In this document: positions 18,735 to 24,964 of the stretch, piece by piece | Position numbering within the stretch: position 1 is the stretch's first letter | Layout: every line of letters begins with the position of its first letter | NCBI GenBank assembly: GCA_021813045.1 | Contig: JAKAMF010000002.1 | Coordinates: 1 to 35,247, forward strand | DNA: 35,247 nucleotides | Origin: a bacterium | Lineage (GTDB): Bacteria > Omnitrophota > Gorgyraeia > Gygaellales > Profunditerraquicolaceae | Direction of reading: 5' to 3' | Program-made: the position numbers and the translations under genes | Notes under the pieces: generated by a model | The model's database searches: none | What the model was told of the DNA's origin: nothing | Seen by the model: only the letters and a program-made list of their open reading frames with translations

Positions 18735-18805
18735 CTGGGACGTATGGATTCGAACCATAATAGCGGGATCCAAATTCCCGAGTCCTACCATTGGACGACG
18801 TCCCA
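18735..18805 (-). tRNA. tRNA-Gln (anticodon UUG)
   Basis: The reverse complement reads TGGGACG-TC-GTCC-AATGGTA-GGAC-T-CGGGA-ATTTGGA-TCCCG-CTAT-TATGG-TTCGAAT-CCATA-CGTCCCA-G. It has the U1-A72 pair typical of tRNA-Gln. Confidence 0.9.
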
Positions 18806-18832
18806 AAATTTAACTATTATTGTTCAACCCCA

Positions 18833-19237
18833 TTAATATTCCCGCACAAGAGCCGAGCCCAGCTTCTGCTCTTGAGAATAAGCGTCCAATACCCTCTTTT
18901 GCAAATATTCCCTGAACGACTGAGTGATCGGATGAGCGATATCTTTATGTTCTGCCTGCGCGCTAGCTGCCGCATCCTGCTCGGGCAGACGGCTGACCAT
19001 AGGAAGCCCGGCAGCGCATTGATTACAATACTTGCTGCGGGTTTCATTTTTAAAGCCACATTTCGGACAGGGCTGCTTAACCTTGCGCGAAGGCATGGCA
19101 ATAAAAAGTCCGGTCGTCCCCTCGATCACCTTGATATTCCTGACTACAAAGGCATTATCAAAAGTTACCGTGGCATATGCCTTTAATTTCTTATCCGGAG
19201 AATCCTTTAAGAATATCTTGACCTCGGTTATTTCCAT
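18833..19237 (-). CDS. spoVG: SpoVG family protein with an internal zinc-ribbon insertion
   Basis: 134 aa. The SpoVG core is MEITEVKIFL...FVVRNIKVIEGTTGLFIAMPSRK ... KDIAHPIT. It is interrupted by about 38 aa carrying CPKCG...CNQC. Confidence 0.85.
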   Translation of the reverse strand: MEITEVKIFLKDSPDKKLKAYATVTFDNAFVVRNIKVIEGTTGLFIAMPSRKVKQPCPKCGFKNETRSKYCNQCAAGLPMVSRLPEQDAAASAQAEHKDIAHPITQSFREYLQKRVLDAYSQEQKLGSALVREY

Positions 19238-19265
19238 GGCCCCCTCCTGTCGACAAAGACCAGCG

Positions 19266-20162
19266 CTATTTGGTGGCGGCGATAAAGATTTTGCGGCCCT
19301 TGCCGCGCCGAAGCTGCCGGCTTAAATCAAGCGCTTCTTTTTTTGTCGCGGCCAGACCGAAAACCGTCGGGCCGCTGCCGGACATTAAAACCGCTTTTGC
19401 TCCGGCTCTAATTAATTCCTGCTTTACCCTGTTGATCCGCGGATAAAGCATGCTGGAAACCGGTTCCAAACTGTTATAAAGGGCTTGGGAAATTAGACTA
19501 AGGTCATTTTCAGCCAATGCTGAAGTTAATATTTTAACATTGCGGGCAGGGGTTGTCAATGCAGGTTTTGGTATTTTTTTCGTACTTAAGGCCTTGTCCC
19601 ACTGCCGGTAAATCAGGGGCGTTGAGACCTTAAAATCAGAGGCAACCAGGACATGCCAAAATTTTCTCTTTGACAATTTTTTTAACTCTTCGATCCGGTC
19701 TCCGCGGCCGGTAGCGAAAGCAAAAGCCGTATTATGAAGAAAAAATGCCACGTCCGCGCCGATCTTGCGGCCAAAACCGGCTAATTCTTTCTGTCCTAAC
19801 TTCAGATCCCACAAACGGTTTAATCCCTGTAGAACACAAGCCGCATTACTGGAGCCGCCGGCCAGCCCTCCTCCAACCGGAATACGTTTAGTAATGGTAA
19901 TATCCACGCCTTGCTTAACTGCGAACTCCGCCCGAAGGATTGCCGCAGCTTTATAGCAAAGATTAGACCGGTCTTTCGGCACACCGGCAGCGGCGCAAAA
20001 AATCCTGATTTTTCCGTCCGGGCGGTTTTTTAAAACAATCTTATCGGAAAGCGAAATCCGTTCAAAAACAGTTTGCAGATTATGATAATTATCCGGCCGC
20101 TTGGATTTAACGTTTAAGAAAAGATTTACCTTGGCGTAAGAATTGAGGGTGAGTTTTTTCAC
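19266..20162 (-). CDS. ispE: 4-diphosphocytidyl-2-C-methyl-D-erythritol kinase
   Basis: 298 aa with the GHMP kinase motif PVGGGLAGGSSNAA and N-terminal AKVNLFLNV. GTG start codon. Confidence 0.93.
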   Translation of the reverse strand: MKKLTLNSYAKVNLFLNVKSKRPDNYHNLQTVFERISLSDKIVLKNRPDGKIRIFCAAAGVPKDRSNLCYKAAAILRAEFAVKQGVDITITKRIPVGGGLAGGSSNAACVLQGLNRLWDLKLGQKELAGFGRKIGADVAFFLHNTAFAFATGRGDRIEELKKLSKRKFWHVLVASDFKVSTPLIYRQWDKALSTKKIPKPALTTPARNVKILTSALAENDLSLISQALYNSLEPVSSMLYPRINRVKQELIRAGAKAVLMSGSGPTVFGLAATKKEALDLSRQLRRGKGRKIFIAATK

Positions 20163-20172
20163 TGCTAAAACC

Positions 20173-21099
20173 TTAAGCTGCTAACGCTAACGCTGCTTTC
20201 TGAATATCGGAACTGGTGAGATTGTATTCTTGCAAAAGCTCATCCGGCTCGCCGGACTGGCCGAATCTATTGCGCACGCCCAAACGGATTACTTTTGCCG
20301 GCGCGTTTTCCGCGACTATCTCATCGATACTGGAAGCCAGGCCTCCGATGATCGCGTGCTCCTCGCAAACTACGATTCCCCGGCAGGACTTAGCCGCGTC
20401 TAAAATCACATCTTTATCCAGCGGCTTGATCGTATGCGCGTTGATCACGCGCGCCTTAACGCCTTTTTTGCTCAAGGCCTGAGCAGCTGATAATGCTTCG
20501 TTGACCATATAGCCGCAAGCGATGATTGCCACATCATTGCCTTGAGTCAAAACCTGGGCTTTGCCTAATTTGAATTCGCCTTTATTTTCTATAGTAGCGA
20601 ATTTCGGCCTGCCTAAGCGCACATAAAACGGGCCCTGCGCTTGCGCTACCGCCCTGATCGCTTCCGCGGTCTGCGGTCCGTCGCAAGGAACCACAATATT
20701 CATATTCGGAATTACGCGCATCAATGCGATATCTTCCAGCGCCTGATGACTGGCGCCGTCAGGTCCGACGGTCAGGCCGGCGTGCGTAGCCACGATTTTT
20801 ACATTAAGCCTGGAATAAGCAATGGTATTGCGCACCTGATCCCAGGCGCGTCCGGAAGCAAAAATCGCAAAAGTAGAAACAAAAACTGTTTTGCCGCAAG
20901 AAGCGATCCCGGCGGCAGTAGCCATCATATTCTGTTCCGCCACGCCCATATTAAAAAATCTTTGAGGAAACTCTTTAGCAAAAAGATTGGTGCGCGTGGA
21001 ACTGGACAGGTCCGCGTCTAAAACAATGATGTCCTGGTTGGCCCGGCCTAATTCCACCAGTGTTTTGCCGTAAATATCCCTCTGATAAATCATTTCCAT
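20173..21099 (-). CDS. Transketolase, C-terminal (pyrimidine-binding) subunit
   Basis: 308 aa with the split-transketolase architecture. It lies immediately downstream of the N-terminal subunit gene. Confidence 0.92.
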   Translation of the reverse strand: MEMIYQRDIYGKTLVELGRANQDIIVLDADLSSSTRTNLFAKEFPQRFFNMGVAEQNMMATAAGIASCGKTVFVSTFAIFASGRAWDQVRNTIAYSRLNVKIVATHAGLTVGPDGASHQALEDIALMRVIPNMNIVVPCDGPQTAEAIRAVAQAQGPFYVRLGRPKFATIENKGEFKLGKAQVLTQGNDVAIIACGYMVNEALSAAQALSKKGVKARVINAHTIKPLDKDVILDAAKSCRGIVVCEEHAIIGGLASSIDEIVAENAPAKVIRLGVRNRFGQSGEPDELLQEYNLTSSDIQKAALALAA

Positions 21100-21100
21100 A

Positions 21101-21922
21101 TTATTCCAGTTCTTTCAGGGCTTTTTCCGTCTCTTCTTTAGTCGGAGCGCGGCCATGAAAATCGCAGGTATTTTCCATAAAAGATACGCCCTTGCCTTTG
21201 ATCGTGCGGGCAATGATGATCGACGGTTTACCTTTGGCTAACCTGGCCTGCTCATAGGCATCTAAAATCTGGCGCATATTATGGCCATCGATTTCAATTA
21301 CATTCCAGCCAAAGGCGCGCCACTTATCCGCGACCGGATCCAGATTCATGATCGCGCAGACCTGGCCGTCAATTTGAAAACCGTTATAATCTAAAATAGC
21401 GCAGAGATTATCGCATTTGTAATGGCTGGCAGACATTGCCGCTTCCCAGATATTGCCTTCCTGAATCTCTCCGTCACCCATTAAACAATAAACGCGATAA
21501 TCAGCCTGGTCTACTTTTGCCGCCAGGCACATCCCCACGGATACAGAAAGTCCCTGCCCCAAAGACCCGGAAGCTACTTCTATTCCCGGAGTGCGGCAAT
21601 CCGGATGGCCCTGCAGCATTGAACCGAGTTTTCTCAAAGTAAAAAGTTTTTCTTTGGGGAAAAATCCTAAATCAGCCAAGACCGCATACCACAAAGGCGC
21701 GCAATGCCCTTTAGACATATGGAACCTGTCGCGGCCGGCTAATTTCGGCTGCTTAGGGTCAATCTTCATTATTCTATAATATAAAGCGGTGATGAGATCG
21801 GTAGCGGATAAACTTCCCCCGGGATGGCCTGAACCTGCTTGAGCGAGCATTTGAATAATCAAGCGGCGGATTTCTTTTGCCTTGGCTTCTAATTCTTTAA
21901 CTTGGCTGTCGGTGTAAGGCAT
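21101..21922 (-). CDS. Transketolase, N-terminal (TPP-binding) subunit
   Basis: 273 aa with GHPGGSLS and GDGEIQEG motifs. Confidence 0.92.
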   Translation of the reverse strand: MPYTDSQVKELEAKAKEIRRLIIQMLAQAGSGHPGGSLSATDLITALYYRIMKIDPKQPKLAGRDRFHMSKGHCAPLWYAVLADLGFFPKEKLFTLRKLGSMLQGHPDCRTPGIEVASGSLGQGLSVSVGMCLAAKVDQADYRVYCLMGDGEIQEGNIWEAAMSASHYKCDNLCAILDYNGFQIDGQVCAIMNLDPVADKWRAFGWNVIEIDGHNMRQILDAYEQARLAKGKPSIIIARTIKGKGVSFMENTCDFHGRAPTKEETEKALKELE

Positions 21923-22800
21923 TTTTGCAGTTTTTCTTCTACTTCTTTCAAATGTTGGGCAACAACCGGGTCTTCAATTAATAACGCGGCGCGTTGCAAC
22001 GTTTTTAACGCTTCTTGATTCTTGCCCTTTTTAAAATAAATCCAGCCTAAACTATCTAAATAAGCCCCGTTTTCCGGAGCAAATTCCAGAGCTTTTTTTA
22101 CCAAGGCCTCGGCCTGATCAAGATTTTTATTTTCTTCGGCGTAAAAATAACCTAAATAATTCAGCGCCTCGTGGTAATCCGGATTTAATTCCAGCGCCTT
22201 TTTTAATTCCGCTTCGGTCTTGGCTTTTTCGCCTTTCAGCTCATAAATATTTGCCAAATAAAAATGCGCGCTGCTATCCTGCGGACTGACGTTTAAAACA
22301 ATTTGATAGGCCTCTATGGCCGCGTCAAACTTTTTCTCTCCCAGATATAATTGCCCGAGGTTTTTATAGATATCAATGTTTTTCGGATTAATCCTGGAGG
22401 CGTTCTTGAGAGAAATTTCATATTCACGGCTTGCCTGATCAGGCTTATTTTGCAGGGAATACAAAACCGCTAATACCGCGTGCGGCTCAACTGCGTCCGG
22501 CTCTATCTTAGCAGCGGTATTTAACTCTTTAATCGCCTGTTCGACCCGGCCTTTTTTTAAATAAACCACTGCCAGGTTCAAACGGATAACATTATTTTTA
22601 GGATCAAGCCAAAGAGCGCTCTTATACTGCTGGATGGCCTTATCATATTCACCGAGGCCATCATACATTACCGCCATAATATAACGGCTCAATACACCGG
22701 ATTCTTTCTTTGGCCCGGCAAAACACAGGCCCCGGCATATTGCTAAAGCAATCAGGCACAGAAAAACACCCCGCCTGAATTTTTTTGTCAACAAAGACAT
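21889..22800 (-). CDS. Secreted tetratricopeptide (TPR) repeat protein
   Basis: 303 aa with an N-terminal signal-like segment and repeated A..Y...L/P TPR units. Its 3' end overlaps the transketolase start by 34 nt. Confidence 0.8.
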   Translation of the reverse strand: MSLLTKKFRRGVFLCLIALAICRGLCFAGPKKESGVLSRYIMAVMYDGLGEYDKAIQQYKSALWLDPKNNVIRLNLAVVYLKKGRVEQAIKELNTAAKIEPDAVEPHAVLAVLYSLQNKPDQASREYEISLKNASRINPKNIDIYKNLGQLYLGEKKFDAAIEAYQIVLNVSPQDSSAHFYLANIYELKGEKAKTEAELKKALELNPDYHEALNYLGYFYAEENKNLDQAEALVKKALEFAPENGAYLDSLGWIYFKKGKNQEALKTLQRAALLIEDPVVAQHLKEVEEKLQKCLTPTAKLKN

Positions 22801-22812
22801 GAAAAAACTAGC

Positions 22813-22914
22813 TTACGCCCAGGCTCTCTTTTTAACGTGGCGCAGGCGGCGACGCATTTTTTTTCTTTTATGCGTCTTGATTTTTCTGAGTTTCCTTTTT
22901 CTGCCGCAAGGCAT
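22813..22914 (-). CDS. Small basic protein resembling ribosomal protein bS22 (AURKAIP1/COX24-like); not in the supplied ORF track
   Basis: My own translation of the minus strand gives MPCGRKRKLRKIKTHKRKKMRRRLRHVKKRAWA (33 aa). The ATG is at 22914 and the TAA stop at 22815-22813. A GGAG sits 7 nt upstream. The K/R-rich pattern KRK..K..THKRKK..R..RH matches my memory of bS22-type peptides. Confidence 0.6.
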   Translation of the reverse strand: MPCGRKRKLRKIKTHKRKKMRRRLRHVKKRAWA

Positions 22915-22941
22915 AACCTCGCTCCTTTCGTAGAAGACGAA

Positions 22942-22970
22942 ACGCCAATCCATCCTATAGGATTGGGCGT
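22942..22970 (-). terminator. Possible (leaky) terminator hairpin after hisG
   Basis: Minus-strand RNA pairs ACGCCCAAUCC with GGAUUGGCGU (one bulged C). The hairpin starts right after the hisG stop codon and is followed by UUUCGUCUUCU. The U-tract is weak. Confidence 0.35.
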
Positions 22971-22971
22971 A

Positions 22972-23856
22972 TTAATAGATTACTTTGTTCAACGGATATT
23001 CAATAATTCCGGTCGCGCCGGCATTTTTCAATTTAGGGATAATGACTCTCACGGTCTTTTCATCGATTACCGTCTCCACCGCCAACCAATCACCGGTGGA
23101 CAAACCGGAAATCGTGGGATTCTTCAAAGCCGGCAGGATCGCCAACACCTTCTTCAAGTCGGCTTTCTTGACGTTCATCTTCAAGCCAACCTTAGCTTCC
23201 GCAGTAATTGCGCCGTTTAACAAAAGCGCGATCTCCTGCATCTTGGCTTTTTTCCATTTATCCTGATATGATTTTCTGTTGGCAATAAACTGCGTAGTTG
23301 ACTCGCAAAGCGTATCGATAATCGCCAGCTTATTAGCCCTTAAACTTCTGCCGGTTTCGGTCAGCTCGACTATTGCGTCAACTAAGCCGGAGTTAACCTT
23401 GACTTCCGTCGCTCCCCAGCTGAATTCTACTTCTACCTTAACCCCTTTTTTCTTAAAGTATTCAGTAGTGACATTGACTAATTCCGTGGCGACTCTTTTG
23501 CCCTGCAGTTGTTTGGCGGATTTTACGCCCAATGACTCCGGCACTGCCAAAACCCACCTTACTTTATTCATGGTCTGCTTGGCATAAGCCAGATCAGCCA
23601 CTCTGATTACATCGGATTTATTCTCCAGTATCCAGTCGTTGCCGGTGATACCGCAATCCAGCGCGCCGTCTTCGACATAACGGGACATCTCCTGGCTGCG
23701 TAAAAGCACGGCTTCAATTTCCGGGTCGTCGATGGAAGGAAAATAAGACCTTTCCGAAGGTAGATTCACGTTAAACCCGGCCTTGCGGAACATCTTAAAC
23801 GTCGCTTCCTGCAGACTCCCTTTAGGTAACCCAAGCTTCAATATTTTATTAGACAT
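22972..23856 (-). CDS. hisG: ATP phosphoribosyltransferase, long form
   Basis: 294 aa with N-terminal [23 protein letters not shown] and a C-terminal regulatory domain. No other his genes are in the window. Confidence 0.92.
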   Translation of the reverse strand: MSNKILKLGLPKGSLQEATFKMFRKAGFNVNLPSERSYFPSIDDPEIEAVLLRSQEMSRYVEDGALDCGITGNDWILENKSDVIRVADLAYAKQTMNKVRWVLAVPESLGVKSAKQLQGKRVATELVNVTTEYFKKKGVKVEVEFSWGATEVKVNSGLVDAIVELTETGRSLRANKLAIIDTLCESTTQFIANRKSYQDKWKKAKMQEIALLLNGAITAEAKVGLKMNVKKADLKKVLAILPALKNPTISGLSTGDWLAVETVIDEKTVRVIIPKLKNAGATGIIEYPLNKVIY

Positions 23857-23886
23857 AGTATTATCTCCTATTCAAGAAACGCAAGT

Positions 23887-23914
23887 ATTATACAAATTTA
23901 CGGCTAGGTTGTAA
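23887..23914 (-). promoter_or_regulatory. Sigma-70-like promoter for hisG (extended -10)
   Basis: On the minus strand: TTACAA (23909-23914), a 16-nt spacer ending in TG, then TATAAT (23887-23892). An AGGAG Shine-Dalgarno sequence lies downstream. Confidence 0.55.
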
Positions 23915-23932
23915 AGGAAAATAAAATGATTT

Positions 23933-24445
23933 CTAATCTTTGTGAGCGTGAAAGCCAATCGGCGGCTTTGGCTTAACCAACGGTGGCTCAAGAAGCTGCT
24001 TAATGGCTTGGAAAACTATAGCAAATTGCTTATCGTATTTCTTTTCCATCCCCTCAATTTTTCGCTTAAGGTCGACATTGGTCAAAAGCATCCTGCGCAA
24101 TTGAGTAAACGCACGCATAATTTGAATATTCACTTGTATAGCTCTTTTGCTATGCAATACTCCCGAAAGCATAGCCACGCCCTGTTCAGTAAAAACATAT
24201 GGGAGCTTGCGGGTGCCGCCCCAACTTGATATGCCAATTTGGCATATCAAGTTTTGAAGCTCTTCTTTTGTCAATTGAAACATAAAATCATCCGGGAACC
24301 TCTCTAAATTGCGTCTTACTTGACGGGTTAACTGGCTCGTATCAACCTCATAAAGTTTAGCTAAGTCCCTATCTAACATTACTCTTTTTCCGCGTATTAA
24401 CAAAATCTTTGCGGCAATTACGTCAACTAAAATAGCATTAGACAT
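23933..24445 (-). CDS. ORF6N domain-containing protein (KilA-N-related DNA-binding domain plus coiled-coil tail)
   Basis: 170 aa. The motif IRGKRVMLDRDLAKLYEVDTSQLTRQVRRNLERFPDDFMFQLT...WGGTRKLPYVFTEQGVAMLSGVL is the ORF6N signature as I remember it. It appears monocistronic, and a GGGGGG-rich Shine-Dalgarno sequence is present. Confidence 0.85.
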   Translation of the reverse strand: MSNAILVDVIAAKILLIRGKRVMLDRDLAKLYEVDTSQLTRQVRRNLERFPDDFMFQLTKEELQNLICQIGISSWGGTRKLPYVFTEQGVAMLSGVLHSKRAIQVNIQIMRAFTQLRRMLLTNVDLKRKIEGMEKKYDKQFAIVFQAIKQLLEPPLVKPKPPIGFHAHKD

Positions 24446-24504
24446 TTTAGCCCCCCTTTCTACTTTAATAGACGTAAGAAGAAGCGAAATCTAACGAAAA
24501 TTTT

Positions 24505-24533
24505 ATACTATCTTGACTTACAGCAGGTATTAA
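24505..24533 (-). promoter_or_regulatory. Candidate promoter for the ORF6N gene
   Basis: On the minus strand: TTAATA (24528-24533), a 17-nt spacer, then TAGTAT (24505-24510). Confidence 0.4.
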
Positions 24534-24536
24534 ACC

Positions 24537-24553
24537 GGTCACAATTTGTGACC
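24537..24553. promoter_or_regulatory. Palindromic operator-like site between divergent promoters
   Basis: GGTCACA-att-TGTGACC: 7-bp perfect arms and a 3-nt centre. The loop is too tight for a useful RNA hairpin. It overlaps the -35 of the plus-strand promoter and lies 3 nt from the -35 of the ORF6N promoter. Confidence 0.5.
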
Positions 24554-24574
24554 AGCTCATATCTTAACTATATT
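24546..24574 (+). promoter_or_regulatory. Candidate promoter driving the structured element
   Basis: TTGTGA (24546-24551), a 17-nt spacer, then TATATT (24569-24574). The predicted start near 24581 coincides with the first hairpin of the structured region. Confidence 0.45.
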
Positions 24575-24580
24575 GCCGGC

Positions 24581-24869
24581 GGATGACTACCTGAGTCATT
24601 CATAATGGCATCACAGAATGTGATACCATTATAGCGGCTGGCTTGCGCTGTAGTTTCGAGGGACGTAAAGGCGAGGAGCGGGCATGGTTCGCGCATCCGG
24701 CTCCTCAGGCAAAAGCTTTTATTACACTCACCCGGATGCGCGAGAGCGACGAAGCCGACCCGAGCGCAGGCCCCTGGATTTAAACTGTTGCGCGCGGCAT
24801 CGAAGATGCCGCGCGGCTCGCAGGGCCGCGCCAAGCGTTCCCGAGAAACTATAGCGCACAGCCAGCCGC
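24581..24869 (+). ncRNA. Candidate novel structured ncRNA (GC-rich; orientation tentative)
   Basis: Hand-folded. Hairpins at 24581-24601 and 24602-24632. A closing rod of about 40 bp pairs 24634-24673 with 24829-24869 (one G.U, a tandem G.A/A.G, two 1-nt bulges, one small internal loop). An 11-bp hairpin spans 24791-24815 with a GAA loop. A 7-bp helix pairs 24769-24776 with 24821-24827. Two overlapping helices, 24673-24679/24700-24706 and 24690-24700/24732-24742, form a pseudoknot or a switch. G+C is about 63% by hand count over 24631-24870. No credible ORF. Confidence 0.5.
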
Positions 24870-24890
24870 AAGAGATAGCTAGAAATATCC

Positions 24891-24918
24891 TTGCATTCCC
24901 GGTATTCTGGTCTATAAT
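24891..24918 (+). promoter_or_regulatory. Sigma-70-like promoter for the ppiD-like gene
   Basis: TTGCAT (24891-24896), a 16-nt spacer, then a perfect TATAAT (24913-24918). A GGAGGA Shine-Dalgarno sequence lies at 24956-24961. Confidence 0.6.
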
Positions 24919-24964
24919 TAACCTAAATTTGACTTAATCTGACAATTTATTCTACGGAGGAAAC

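Noticed and set aside
18791-19325. Three ORFs overlapping spoVG (18791-19186 plus, 18817-19101 minus, 19032-19325 plus)
   Set aside because: They are alternative or antisense frames of the SpoVG and IspE genes, both of which have clear family signatures. These ORFs have none.
24568-24834. 88-aa minus-strand ORF inside the GC-rich intergenic region
   Set aside because: The open frame is expected by chance in a 63% G+C stretch. It has no Shine-Dalgarno sequence. Its composition is Ala/Arg/Pro/Cys-rich and low-complexity, with no recognisable fold. It is almost entirely covered by the stem-loop structures, so I interpret the region as non-coding.
24634-24869. Retron msr-msd, Y RNA, RNase P, SRP, tmRNA or 6S identity for the GC-rich element
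   Set aside because: Retron: no reverse transcriptase gene on either side. Y RNA: no Rsr/TROVE gene nearby. RNase P, SRP and tmRNA: I could not find their signature motifs (GGAAAGUCC/ACAGAACCCGGC, GGAAGCAGC, tRNA-like end) on either strand. 6S cannot be excluded by eye, because it is also rod-like with a closing stem. However, the element is longer than typical 6S and its interior forms several discrete hairpins rather than one central bubble. This needs a covariance-model search.
24634-24869. MITE or IS remnant with imperfect terminal inverted repeats of about 40 bp
   Set aside because: This is not fully rejected. I saw no target-site duplication flanking 24634 and 24869, no second copy in the window and no transposase. 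The mismatches in the long helix are RNA-favourable (G.U, tandem G.A). A genome-wide copy count is needed.
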